A DNA stretch of 62,992 nt, counting the filler, from Reclinomonas americana ATCC 50394 (lineage: Eukaryota): assembly GCA_048213135.1 (NCBI GenBank). It is 9 parts of 6 records of this genome, joined end to end, with 100 filler letters (N's around TTAATTAATTAA, not from the genome) between each part and the next. Parts side by side here need not be neighbours in the genome. Positions count along the whole stretch, not along the records: positions 34,900 to 44,432 come from PS015461.1; positions 44,533 to 51,293 come from PS015463.1; positions 51,394 to 55,902 come from PS015463.1; 6 more parts are not named here. One strand, 5' to 3'. This document shows, piece by piece, positions 41,653-54,659 of this stretch. The notes beneath the pieces are model-generated. The model searched no databases. It worked only from the letters and a program-made list of their open reading frames with translations, and had not been told where the DNA came from. Position 1 is the first letter of the stretch. Each line of letters begins with the position of its first letter. A program made the position numbers and the translations under genes.

Positions 41653-42725
41653 ATGAACATCATGCAACAACAACAACAACAACAACGCCGATCAACAGCG
41701 ACACTCGCTGTCCTGCTTCTTCTTGCAGTGACATGTGTGGTGTGCTGTACAAGTGGAGCCGAAGCTCGTTGCGTTGGCTGTTACCTCTCATTGTCTCGTC
41801 TTGGTTTCTCACCGTCGGACTTGTTGGTTTCTTTGTGCTACGTGCAGGTCGGAACATCAAGTGTGGACAGAGTTGCGCGGGCTATTTTTTGCCACCTTTT
41901 TCTTTTTGTTGTGCTGGTGTATTGACGTTTTGAAGCAACAACAACAGCTTCGAGTACGGATATGAACCTGCAAGCTAATATCACTTGCGGAGGACAGTTG
42001 CGGCCACTCGGCAACACCTTGCCTGTGGTGATCAACTCGGCATCGTGGGGACGCAGTCAAGGTACGCTCTCTACGCTATCCTACTTGTCAGTGATCGACA
42101 CAAGAAGCCTCACGTCGCATGCTGCTGCAGTATTGACCACCTGCCCGATCTCATCCATGTTTGGCAACACGCGCGTCGACTCGCAAACGTGCGCTCCGTC
42201 GGATGTGGATGTGACCAGCTTTGTGGCGGCGGCGTGCGCTGGACAGGCGTCGTGCGCCGTCAGTGTGTCGGATGACGGCCCGCTCAACCGCGTGGGCCAG
42301 AGCGCCAATGGCGCGCTCAACGAGCCGTGCCCGACCGTGTACAAGTACTTGACGGTCGACTTCACGTGCAGCTGCGTGGCGGGCTTCATGGGAGCCGCCT
42401 GCGAGTGCAACCAGGCCACTGACTGGTGAGGCTCACCTCAGTCGGTGTCTCCCTTTGTCCTCGTCCTCATTGCTCTCCCCTTCCCCGCTTGCAGCAACGT
42501 GCAGACGGTGCTCCCGAACGGTCAACCAGCCGGCACGTGCAACCCGAACGGCACAGTGGCCGGTGGCAACCTGTGCTTCTGCCAGCCGGGCTTTTACGGC
42601 GCGGCTTGCCTCGGCACGTGCAACTGCAAGAACGGTGGCACGTGCGCCGACGGCATCACTGGCGACGGAAAGTGCACTTGTGCTGCCGGCTTTTATGGCG
42701 CCGACTGCTCGGGCGTGTGCCCGAG
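41653..42725 (+). CDS. Secreted SUEL/Gal-lectin + EGF-repeat protein, N-terminal part
   Basis: Signal [15 protein letters not shown]; lectin motifs [48 protein letters not shown]; then EGF repeats ([20 protein letters not shown]). Confidence 0.85.
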
Positions 42726-42945
42726 NNNNNNNNNNNNNNNNNNNNNNNNNNNNNNNNNNNNNNNNNNNNNNNNNNNNNNNNNNNNNNNNNNNNNNNNNNN
42801 NNNNNNNNNNNNNNNNNNNNNNNNNNNNNNNNNNNNNNNNNNNNNNNNNNNNNNNNNNNNNNNNNNNNNNNNNNNNNNNNNNNNNNNNNNNNNNNNNNNN
42901 NNNNNNNNNNNNNNNNNNNNNNNNNNNNNNNNNNNNNNNNNNNNN

Positions 42946-44432
42946 CCTGAGAACCCAGTGTTGCACACGCAAGCGCCAAAGCCATCCAGCCGCCCGCGGT
43001 TCGAGCAGTTGCGCGTTGTGCAACCGTACGCCACCGACGCAAACTTGTACTGCGACGGGCACGGATCTGAGCCCGTATCGTTCGGGAAGCGATCAAGGTT
43101 GCCGCCGCTGGCCAGGAACTCGTAGCAGTACGACGTCGGCGGGTTCTGATTGCACAGACCCTGGAAGTGCGCCGTCACGTCCTTGATGCATGTGGTGGTG
43201 TCGGCCAGCAGACTGCTTCCAGGCGGAACAGGGCATGTCGTGGCTGTGTGGAAATAACATGAGCAAACTGATTCTTCTCAACTCTCTCCCTTTGAAAAAC
43301 GCAACTGTCGGTGCGGCCCCAGTTGGCCGACATCGCAAACACGTACTGGCCAGCCGGGCATGCCACCACAATTGTACCGTCACTCGTAGTTGCCGCATTG
43401 TTGTCGTCCTGGCAGCCAGTCTGTCGCTGGATCGGCACGCAGTCCGGACCCGTGAAACCAGGTGCGCACTTGTTGCACGACGTGCCAGTGAAGCCAATCT
43501 TGCAAACGCAGTTGCCGTTGCCGTCGCACGTGCCGTGTCCATTGCAGGTGGTGGCCGCGCTGCAACCCTTGTCGCACTTCGGGCCGTACATGCCGTTGAT
43601 GCACTGACTGCAGTCCGACCCACCATACGGGAAGAAGCAGTTGCAGGTCGCGTCCGCATTGCACGTGCCTTGCCCGCTGCACGACTCCACCGGACGGCAC
43701 TCGCAGAACGGTCCGTTGATGCCAGGTCGGCATCCGCACTTCTTCGTCACCGGATCGCAGATGCCGTTGTTGAAGTCAGTGCAGCTGTTGATGTTGTTCG
43801 GGTTGCACATGTCGCACTTGTCGCCCACAACACCAGGCTTGCACGCACAGCCGGTGCCCAGCACGCCCTCCGAGCACGACGTCGTGCCGTTGGACAAGCA
43901 CTCGCTGCACAGGCCGGCACACTGCGGTCCGTACCGACCAGGAGCACACTTGTCGCACAGCGGTCCACTGAAGCCGTCCTTGCACTGGCAGCCCGTGCCA
44001 GTCACGCCCTCCGAGCACGTCGCCGTGCCGGCACCGTAGCAAGCGCTGCACTGGCTTGTGCATGTCGGACCAAACAGTCCCGGCAAGCACGTGCTGCACG
44101 ACTTGCTGGCATCGAACCCAGTCGTGCACACGCACGATCCGTCGGTCTGCGCCACACCCTTGCCGTTGCACGTCACCGCGTCCGTGTATTGGCAAGTCGA
44201 GCCGGTCGAGCCTGGCTTGCACACGCAGCCGGCACCAGAGCGACCCGGCACGCACTCCACCGTGTTGGCCACCACGCAAGCAGCGCACCGGCCACTGCAA
44301 TCAGCACCAAACGCCTGCGCAATGCACTGATCGCACAGCGTGCCGGTGAAACCGTTCTTGCACACGCAGCCGAGACCAGCTATGCCCTCGCTGCACGTCT
44401 CGGTACCGCCGACATCGCACTGCGAGCAAAGA
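42946..44432 (-). CDS. Laminin-type EGF repeats plus a second SUEL lectin domain (probably the inverted continuation of 41653-42725)
   Basis: Long Cys-rich ORF (CKNGFTGTLCDQC, CKDGFSGPLCDKC...), then VACPAGQYVFAMSANWGRTD|TTTCP..DVTAHFQGLCN..DPCPSQYKFASVAYGC; open at both ends. Confidence 0.82.
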
Positions 44433-44583
44433 NNNNNNNNNNNNNNNNNNNNNNNNNNNNNNNNNNNNNNNNNNNNTTAATTAATTAANNNNNNNNNNNN
44501 NNNNNNNNNNNNNNNNNNNNNNNNNNNNNNNNATGTGAGCGTGCTTGTATGTGTGTGTGTGCGCTAAAGCGTGTGCTGTGTAG

Positions 44584-47497
44584 GTGTCGCGAATGCGCGC
44601 CGGTTTGCCGAGTGCGACGGCTATGCGGTGTGTGTTGAGTTGTGCGAGACGCATGTGGAGGTGGCGCCGGTGATGAAGTGGATCTGGAGTGTGCTCGGTT
44701 ATGCCATGCAGCAAGGTAAGCGATGTTGTTGTTTTCTTGGCGTGCCGTGCTTGTCCGTGTCTCACTCGGTGCGTGAGCAGATGCTGCTGGTCGTGATGTG
44801 TTTCGTGAAATGTACCTGCTTCGTGTGCTTGTGGAGAGCCTCGACAAGCACAAGGCTGACGCGAGTGTGATCAAGCCGGCCATGTTTTGTTTGCATGCCG
44901 CGTGCACTCGATGTCGTTGCGTGATGCGCCGCTGCGGTGTGAGAGGAGAATTATGAGTCCGACTCCCATGCACACAGCGGTCAATGCACAAGAGTTCCAG
45001 GAGAGTGGCGGTATCGAGCTGGCGCTCACCATCGTGCGCCAACATGCGGCGAATCCATTCGTGGTGGAGTGGACGGCGCGGGCATTTTCGGCCGCCGCGC
45101 TGTGCGGTTGCGTTGCGAGAACAACGTGCTGTTTTGCCATCAGTGACACTGACACAAAAGGTCCGCGCAGCATCGGCGGCTGCAGCCTTTGACGACAAGG
45201 GTGGCGTGGAGCTGATGGTGCAGCTGTTGGAGCAGCACATGAACAAGGAGAGGGTCGCCGAGGCTGCTTGCGGCGCGCTGCAGAGTGTGCTGACGAGTTG
45301 CGAAGGGATGGAGGGGGGCGCACGGCTCCCTCGTGCATCTGCCCTGAATAATGCATGCGCAGCGCCCACTCGCCGTGCGCAGTTTGGCGAAGCGTTTGGC
45401 ATACGAACTGTGTGCATGGCTCTGCAATTGTACCTTGACAATGCGACGATGGTGATTCCGGCGTGNNNNNNNNNNNNNNNNNNNNCGCCGTCCTCTGGCA
45501 GGCCATGTTTGGTGCGCACGCATGCGCTCCCTTCTGAGCACGGCCGTCGACTGCCTTCCTGATCATGCACACACGCGCACAGATGCTCAGAATGCTGCGG
45601 ATTTTGGCGAAGATGGTGTCACGTTGCTCTGCCAGGTGCTAGTACGACATGCACTCGATATGCAGGTGGTGTACCGCGCCTGTGCCGCTTGCGCTGTGTG
45701 TATGGCAGCTGGTGAGTCTGTACACTCAACACTCGCATGGTCGGATTGTTTTCCCACTAACACTCCCGTGCACACAGATGAGGCATGCAGGCGCATGTTT
45801 GGGCAGTGTGGCGCATGCGCGATGCTGCCCGAGTTCATTCTCACCGGCATGCGTAGCGACAAACTCCTCGAGCAGTTGTGCTACACAGTCTCGGTCGCCT
45901 GCGACAAGGGTTGGTATCCATGGGGGAAACCAATCAGCGCTGGTGTTGCTCTCTCTCTCTCACACACACTTACTTGGGTGTGTGTGTGTGTGTCGCTGTA
46001 GTGCCAGAGAATCGGATCAATCTGGTGCGACACGGCGCTGTGCGTGCCGTGCTCAAGGTGCTGGAGGAACATGTGCAGTCGACATCGGTGCTGCTGCAGG
46101 CCTTTCGAGCCATGCAGGCGCTGCAACGCGATGGTGAGGCTCGCGCCGTTCACGCCTACGTGGTTTTTTGCGCCTCTCACGCTGCTGGCGCAGATGCACG
46201 TGCTCAACGTGAGCTCTACTTGGCCGATGGGTATGTCGCCGTGACCAAGGTACTCCGTCGGCACGCTCGTGGAGATGCGGACGACATGCTGGTGGAGCTC
46301 TACCGCATGCTGCATGTGTCGCTGCAAGATGGTGAGCTGTCGATGCTGTCTATGTGTACGAAACAGCTCCAAGTGGCCTCACTGCTCGCTTGTTCGTGAC
46401 ACAGCACCGCTAAACATGCGTGCGATTGGCGCAAGTGAGTGTGTGGACGAGGTTGTCAAGGGTATGGAGGCCAAACTTCGCAACGCTGCCGTGACCGAGG
46501 CCATGGCAAGGGCACTGTGTGAGGCTCTCCTGCTCGGTGCGAACGTGTGATGTTGTTTTTCCTGCTCCACTTCTTCTCACTGTCGATGCGGTGCAGATGC
46601 GGAAAATCGTGTGGTGCGCACACAAGACTGAGCGACAAATGCGCGCGTGTGTGTTCTCATACCAAAGCTTGTTTTCTTGTCTCTCTGGCCGCAGGCGTTC
46701 CAGTACCTGGGGGGTGTAAAGTTTGCTGTCGAAGGTCTGCGACTGCACGCCGAGAACGAAAGCGCTGCGTTGGCGCTGGTCGAGTTGATTGCGCACGCCA
46801 TTGAGTTTGGTGAGCTCCTCAGCTGCTTGATTGCCATCCACGGACCGTGGTGTGTCTTACCACCACCACCACCCCCACGCACACAGTTCCCGAGAGCAGC
46901 GCGCAGTTTGGCGAGCTCGGCGGTGTCGGTATGCAATCGAGATGGCTACATTTTTCTCTTGCACTCATACCAGTGACTGAACCAGTGTCTCGCCGAATGC
47001 AGTGGCGTTGCTTGACCTCACACGACGTTTCGCTGGTTCGCCGTCGTTTACACGAGCAGTGTTGCGCACCATTGAGTGCGCCATCAAATATGGTGGGTGA
47101 GGGAATGTGTTGACCCGACTGTTCTCCGCTGTGCCTCACCGGCTTCGTTTTGTGGGGAAGACATGGCAAACATGGCACTGTTCATGTCCAACGAGGGCGT
47201 CGAGCTGCTCAGCGGCAACCTTGAACACGTGTGGAAAGACGACGAGGTGACTACCTGTGTCGTTCACATTGTTTTGTAACTGTGTGGCAGCATACGATTG
47301 ACCTTCCTCCAATCTGCGCAGAGCGTGCAAAGAGCCGGGCTGGAACTAGTGCAATTGTGTCTCACGAGCAGCAAGATGCGCAGCCCGGAACGCGCTCAGT
47401 CGCCACCGTCTGCGCCATCGTCGCCGGGTGCGTAACGCCACTGGCGTTCTGCAGCATGCTGGGCTGCGTCCCCGCAGACGAAGGGCTCCTCCGCTGA
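44584..47497 (+). CDS. Armadillo-repeat protein (5'-partial, many exons)
   Basis: Repeated ARM-like units: NAQEFQESGGIELALTIVRQH, DKGGVELMVQLLEQH..VAEAACGAL, ENRINLVRHGAVRAVLKVLEEH, YLGGVKFAVEGLRLH. Confidence 0.78.
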
Positions 47498-48065
47498 TCG
47501 TAAGCGATCGGCATGAACAGCCATACTCCTGCACAGGTAACGGCATGTTTACGGAAATCATGCTGCGAAGGCGCTTTTCGCAGTCAGTCCTGTAACGTAT
47601 TGGCGCGTAAACAATGAACGCTCATGTGGTCGTCGCCCTGCGCTCCGGTTTGACAGGAAACTGTGATGACACACACGCACACACACACCACGGCGGAAGT
47701 TGGCAGTTGTCGACAGGATCGAACTTGGTGCATCGACTCGATCGCGAGGCGCGCGTGTGGCGCCAAAACACTGGCAATTCGCGTGGCGGGCGAATACGAC
47801 TTTCTCGTCACTCTCTCCCTGCCAAGGCACAGCGCGCGTTGCGTTATCTGCCGACACAGTGTATCTGCAACCGCAGTAGGTGCAGCACTGTGGGCAGCAC
47901 CGCCAGCACCGCCCCGCTCATAACGGAAAGCAGGGCCGTTACAATTTTCCATTTTTTTCGCGTGTGTGAGAGAAGCGAAACTCGATCCCGGATTGACATT
48001 CTCCGTCTCCGTGGCCCCCTCCTCCCCCTCTCTCTCCTCCCTCAATCCCAATCCCCAATCAATCA

Positions 48066-51000
48066 ATGATGCGCGCGCGTGCAATCTCCGCGTTGGCGCT
48101 GCTGCTGCTGGTCGTGCTGTGCTCCGCTCACGGTGAGTCTCTCTCTCTCACTCACTCTCATGTGATTCGAACATACCGACGACGTGTGCGTCATCAACGG
48201 TCGATGTGTGCGTGCGCGAGAGTGGCGAGGTGGAGAGAAAGAGAGAGAAACACACACACCGAAAAAGAGATGCACTTTTTTCATGCATTCCCGCGCACAA
48301 CGGTCACATTTCGCGCGCGCGCGCAACTCACACATTCTTTGCGCAGCCTCTGGCAGCCTGCTCGACAATGACGATGCGCAACTCTTCGGCGAGTCGTCTG
48401 CCAGTATCACCCACACTGGCTGCTTGGCAAACACGCTTGACGTGACGTGCCCGGCCAACACCTACATTTCCATCAGCCAGATCACTCTGCGCCTGGCGGT
48501 GACAACCGACGGCTGCGGTGCTGTCCTCAGCTCGCCGTCGTACTGTGCCACCGTGATCGACGTGACTTCCAAGCTGGCGCCGTTCTGCAACAAGCAGGCC
48601 GGCTGCTGGGCCAAGGTCAGCGACTACGACTCGTCGGACTGCGCCCAGTACCGCGTGCTGCAGGCCGACTACCAGTGCCTGACTGGCTCGCCGAACCCGC
48701 CGCTCTTCTGCACCAATGCTGGCTCTTGCAGCAATCAGGGTGCCTGCGTGGTTGACTCGTACGGCAAAGCGTCGTGGTGCGTTGATCGGCAAACCAAACC
48801 GACACCAGCCATCCGAAAAGCTCTCGCTGACACACATTGTTGGTTTTCTTCTTCTTCCGTCGTCGCACAGCAACTGCGCCAATGGGTACTCGGGAGACCG
48901 GTGCCAGAACCCGCCGACCGGAACGTGCGCCAACTACCAGTGCGCGGCCAATGGCCTGTGCAAGGTTGTCAATGGATCGCCGACCTGGTACGACTTTGTG
49001 TGTAATATATTCTCTTGTCGCGCAATGTTTTATTTACTGTGGCTCTCCGACAACACAGCGTGTGCTTCTACGGCTACACTGGTGCCAAGTGCGACGTGCC
49101 TCCGCCAAACAGTGCGTTTGCGTGCAGACTTGTCGTTGAGAGCGTTTAGAGTGTGGCTGACTGCTGACTTCTCATCTGCAGGCGCCGACACGCTGCTTCT
49201 GAAGGACGTGATTGCGCCGTTGAACGACTTGACCCCGCTCATTACCAGTTGTGTTTCACCGCTGCGGCTTGTGCTTGTTCTACTTATCTGATTCCGTTTT
49301 CTTGTGCCAACCAGGCCTGCAGCCGACGTGCCAGACCTACTCATGTGGCCAGTACGGCACATGCAGCATCGTCAACAACACTCCCAAGTGGTACGTGTGT
49401 TGTGACCGTCATTGTTGTGGGTGACAAGAGCCACGTCTCCTCACAAAAGATTTGTAAACGCAGCACATGCACTGGCGGCTACACTGGCGCCAAGTGCGAC
49501 GTCCCGCCGAGCAACTCATGCCCCGCCAACTACTGCGGTGCTTGGGGCACATGCAGCATTGTCAACTACCAGCCCGTGTGGTGAGTCTCTGTTGCTGTCA
49601 CTGCGTTGCGAACTTTGCTCCGTCAAGAGCTAACTTTCTTCTTTTCTCTCGACATGCAGCACTTGCAACAGCGGCTACACTGGTGCCAAGTGCGACGTCC
49701 CGCCGAGCAGCCCGTGCTCTGCCAATTACTGCGGTGCTTGGGGCACATGCAGCGTTGTCAACTACCAGCCCGTGTGGTGAGTCTCTGTTGCTGTCACTGC
49801 GCTGCGAACTTTGCTCCGTCAAGAACTAACTTTCTTCTTTTCTCTCGACATGCAGCACTTGCAACAGCGGCTACACTGGCGCCAAGTGTGACGTGCCGCC
49901 GAACCCGTGCGCCTCATACTCGTGCGGCCAGTACGGCACATGCAGTGTCGTCAACTACCAGCCCGTGTGGTGAGTCTCTGTTGCTGTCACTGCATCGTGT
50001 TGTTCTTGTTCCCCAGTCCTGACTTTATCTTGACCTCTCTCTCTCTCTCNNNNNNNNNNNNNNNNNNNNNNNNNNNNNNNNNNNNNNNNNNNNNNNNNNN
50101 NNNNNNNNNNNNNNNNNNNNNNNNNNNNNNNNNNNNNNNNNNNNNNNNNNNNNNNNNNNNNNNNNNNNNNNNNNNNNNNNNNNNNNNNNNNNNNNNNNNN
50201 NNNNNNNNNNNNNNNNNNNNNNNNNNNNNNNNNNNATCACTCCCAACCATTACCCACACTGGCTGCCCGACTAGCACACTCGATGTGTCGTGCCCTGCCA
50301 ACTCGTACATTGCTGTCAAGCGCATCTACCTGCGCCTCAGCGTGCTGGTCGACGGATGCTTCAACCCGCAGCCGCCGCCAACTGCGCCGTCGTACTGCGC
50401 TACCGAGATCGACGTGACTGCCAAGCTGGCGCCGTTCTGCAACAAGCAGGCTGGCTGCTGGGCCAAGGTCAGCGACTTTGACACTTCGGATTGCGCCAAG
50501 TACCGCGTGCTGCAGGCCGACTACACTTGCCCGTCGGGCACCCCCAACCCGCCGCCGTTCTGCACCAACTCTGGTGCGTGCAACAACCAGGGCGACTGTG
50601 TGGCCGATGCGTACGGCACGATTTCTTGGTGAGTGCGTCCCCGATACATGCTCGCGAAGTGAGCAGTGGTTTGACAAAGTGTATGTATGTGTGCAGCGCT
50701 TGCAAGAATGGCTGGACTGGCGATCGTTGCCAAAACGCTCCGACTGATCCGTGCATCAACTATTCATGCGGCCTGTACGGCAAGTGCAGCGCTGTGAACA
50801 ACCAGGCGACTTGGTGAGCTTGCATGTGTCATCCATGCCTCCGACTTGCTTGTGACTCACACTATCGCTTTCAATCCTCGCAGCGTGTGCAACAGCGGCT
50901 ACACTGGCACCAAGTGCGACGTGCCGCCAGACCCATGCGCCTCGTACTCGTGCGGCCCGTACGGCACTTGCAGTGTGGTTCACTACCAGCCTGTGTGGTG

Positions 51001-53119
51001 AGTCTCTTTCTTCACGACTTGCATCGCTTGTCAGTTCTGACACTTCTCTCCACTCCCCTCTCGACACACAGCACTTGCAACAGCGGCTACACTGGCACCA
51101 AGTGCGACGTGCCGCCAGACCCATGCGCCTCGTACTCGTGCGGCCCGTACGGCACATGCAGTGTGGTTCACTACCAGCCTGTGTGGTTTGTTCTCGTCTC
51201 TTGTTCATCTGTATTACGGATCCAGCACTGTCTAACACGAAACTGCAGCACCTGCACTGGCGGCTACTCGGGCGTCAAGTGCGACATCCCGCCNNNNNNN
51301 NNNNNNNNNNNNNNNNNNNNNNNNNNNNNNNNNNNNNTTAATTAATTAANNNNNNNNNNNNNNNNNNNNNNNNNNNNNNNNNNNNNNNNNNNNGTCGCTC
51401 CCAACCATCACCCACACTGGCTGCCCGAGTAACACACTCGATGTGTCGTGCCCTGCCAACTCGTACATTGCTGTCAAGCGCATCTACCTGCGCCTCAGCG
51501 TGCTGGCCGACGGATGCTTCAACCCGCAGCCGCCGCCAACTGCGCCGTCGTACTGCGCCACCGAGATCGACGTGACTGCCAAGCTGGCGCCGTTCTGCAA
51601 CAAGCAGGCTGGCTGCTGGGCCAAGGTCAGCGACTTTGACACTTCGGATTGCGCCAAGTACCGCGTGCTGCAGGCCGACTACACTTGCCCGTCGGGCACC
51701 CCCAACCCGCCGCCGTTCTGCACCAACTCTGGTGCGTGCAACAACCAGGGCGACTGTGTGGCCGATGCGTACGGCACGATTTCCTGGTGAGTGCGCCGCC
51801 GATACATGCTCGCGAAGTGAGCAGCGGTCTGACAAAGTATGTGTGTGTGTGTGTGTGTGCAGCGCTTGCAAGAATGGCTGGACTGGCGATCGTTGCAACA
51901 TTGCTCCGCCGCCCACGGATCCGTGCGCCAACTACTCGTGTGGCTCGTACGGCAACTGCGTGGCGTCGAACGGCCAGCCGTCTTGGTGAGGCGCATCCCT
52001 TGGCGTGTTTAACCTGTGACTTTGACATTGACATTGCCCTTCCATCTACGCAGCGTGTGCAACAGCGGCTACAGCGGCGCCAAGTGCGACGTGCCGCCGA
52101 ACCCATGTGCCTCGTACTTGTGCGGCCAGTACGGCACTTGCAGTGTGGTTAACTATCTGCCCACTTGGTTTGTACCTCTTCTGTTCTTGATAGTTTTGTG
52201 TGTCACCACCATTCTCAACCTCTCTTTCCGCAGCACCTGCACTGGCGGCTACAGTGGCCCCAAGTGCGACATCCCGCCGTCGCTCCCGACCATCACCCAC
52301 ACTGGCTGCCCGGGAAGCACTCTGGACGTGTCGTGCCCCGCCGCCTCGTACATCTCGGTGAAGCGCATCTACCTGCGCCTCGCCACAACGGCTGACGGCT
52401 GCGGCTACATCTACACGGCGCCGTCCTACTGCGCAGCGCAGGTCGACGTGACCGCCAAGCTGCTGCCGTTCTGCAACAAGCAGGCCGGCTGCTGGGCCAA
52501 GGTCAGCGACTTTGACACTTCGGACTGCGCCCAGTACCGCGTGCTGCAGGCCGACTACGCCTGCCCGTCTGGCACCCCCAACTCGCCGCCGTTCTGCACC
52601 AACTCTGGTGGCTGCAACAGCCAAGGCGACTGCGTGGCCGATGTGTACGGCACGATTTCCTGGTGAGTGCACAGAGAGAGTTCTCGCTCCAGTGTAAGTC
52701 GTGGTGACTCACACTGTGTGTGCGACGCAGCGCATGCAAGAACGGCTACTCGGGAGACCGGTGCCAGAATGCTCCGAGCGCCAACTCGCCAATCTGCAAG
52801 ACCGATGCCGACTGCAACTCGCACGGCAAGTGCATTCTTGGCAACTCGTACGTGCCGGTTTGGTCAGTGCACGATCTTGCTGCCTCTATAAATCACAAGA
52901 CTGGCAACTGACAACACCATTTTTTTATGCAGCGCCTGCAACTACGGCTTCACTGGTCCGACGTGCGCCACGTCGACCTACGGCTCGAGCGATCCCAATG
53001 CCTCGTACCCAGGTGAGTCGCGACTGCGTCACTGTCATTATCGGCTCACCAACCATCGCTCACGCGCCGGAACAACGAATGCAGATCTCTCGTCCGACAA
53101 TCTCTTCGGCCCGAAGTAA
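48066..53119 (+). CDS. Secreted protein with four SUEL-like lectin modules interleaved with EGF repeats
   Basis: Signal AISALALLLLVVLCSAH. Module ITHTGC..TLDVxCPA..I.LRL..DGC..SYCA..DVTxKLxPFCNKQAGCWAKVSD..DC..YRVLQADYxC occurs at ~48406, 50237, 51394 and 52280. EGF units are CxxGYxGxKCDVPP; TAA at 53117-53119. Confidence 0.85.
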
Positions 53120-53218
53120 GCAATCACCACAGGAATAGCAATGCACCGTGGTGCAATCGCCGGGCACGGCAATGCTCCTCCGGCACACAAGCAATGAATT
53201 GTGTGAATCTTGAATCAA

Positions 53219-53986
53219 TCATTCGCCACCACCACCACCACCACCGTGAACACGCGCACACTCGGCCAGCACTTGACGGCATTCTGCCACATCTGCCTGG
53301 GCCACGTAATGACGCAGTCGGCGCGTCCGTTGTTCGCTTGCCGGCCGAGGCACCACTGGTTGCAGCTGTCGATTGGAGGCATGGAGTGAGTGAGCACAAC
53401 AATGAGACTCCGCCCACGCACCCATGCACGCACCACTGTCGTATCGCGCATCACTGGCGGCAGCGCAATGGCAGCGGCCTCGACCAACCGTCGCCGCTGC
53501 TCCTCCACGCGCTGCGACGATCGCCTGTGTGCCAGACGACGAGTGACGGCGATCACAAACTTGTCAACCTTCCGCTGCTCTCGCGCATCGACGTCCTGCT
53601 CCTCATTCTCCTGTGCCTCCACCTCCGGTCCACTCAACTGGCGGTCGATACGCGCCAACAGAGTCGCCAGTCGCATGCGTTGCACGTGTCGCTCATCAAT
53701 CACATTCACAGTCGACTCTGCTGGTGGAGGCTGTCGCTCTCGCCTCACACCGTCCTTCTCCAGTCGCATCCGCAGCAGCGCGATCGTCGACTCTGCAGGT
53801 CAATCACCGCGGCGTTACGTGGCGGGCAGTGCAGTGAAAGGAGAAGAGGGAGTTTCACTTGCCATCGGCGGGTGGGCGCCGTCGTCGTCGCAGTTCTTCG
53901 TCTGGTTGGCCACTGCCAGAGTGCTTCAGTAGCGAGATCATCGCCGAGTACGTCGCGTGCTGCTCAGGCAGTGGCGCGGTCTCCAT
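53219..53986 (-). CDS. Hypothetical charged helical protein (three exons, first intron probably GC-AG)
   Basis: METAPLPEQHATYSAMISLLK..PPAD|ESTIALLRMRLEK..RMRLATLLARIDRQL..|LQPVVPRP..GGGGE*; no family recognised. Confidence 0.45.
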
Positions 53987-54138
53987 GGCAAGCAAGAAAG
54001 ACAAAGTGGGATTCGTTCATTCATTCATTCATACAAACCACCAATATCAACACTCCACGGCATTCAAGGAGGGAAGGAGCGACCACGCAGCGCCCGCTCC
54101 ACGAGCAGCAGTAACACTGCGACACAAACCGTCTGCGA

Positions 54139-54659
54139 CTACCTCGGTTGCTGTTGCTGCTGCGACTGTCCCAAATGCGTGTCCATCAAATGAAACATAT
54201 GCGCCGCCTGTGCTGGTGGTGGCGGCGGCGGCGGTGGCGGCGGCTGACCGGCAGCAGTGAATCCGGGAGTGCAATGAACCGACTGTGTTTGAGGCATCAA
54301 TGGCGGTGGGGGCGCCGGTGTAGTTGCGACAGTAACCACTGTTTCCATCGTCGGCGACGAGGTGCGACCATTTCTTCGCGCACTCCGTCCAGAATCATCC
54401 TTGTCGCGCTCTCGGAAGCGTGTGTCGCTGTTGGCTTGGTTGTCGTGGCAAAACTTGTTCCACGAGGAACTCGCCTGTGTCCACTCGTTGAAGGCCATGC
54501 CAAGCTGCACATACACACACAATAAGACCGCCGTGGCGGGTGGGGGAGAGATGCACACACACAAAGAGCGACGCACGTTTTGACGGAGGAAGTCGTTGAC
54601 ACTGTTTCGCAGCTCCTTCATCTTGAGCTTCTGACCGCCGCCCTTTTCGTACTTGCTGA
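54139..54659 (-). CDS. Hypothetical protein, C-terminal part
   Basis: SKYEKGGGQKLKMKELRNSVNDFLRQN|LGMAFNEWTQASSSWNKF.. followed by a Pro/Gln-rich tail and TAG. Confidence 0.5.

Noticed and set aside
49460..50000. Regularly spaced repeats as a CRISPR-like array
   Set aside because: They are duplicated EGF exons plus introns in a eukaryotic gene; no cas genes are present.
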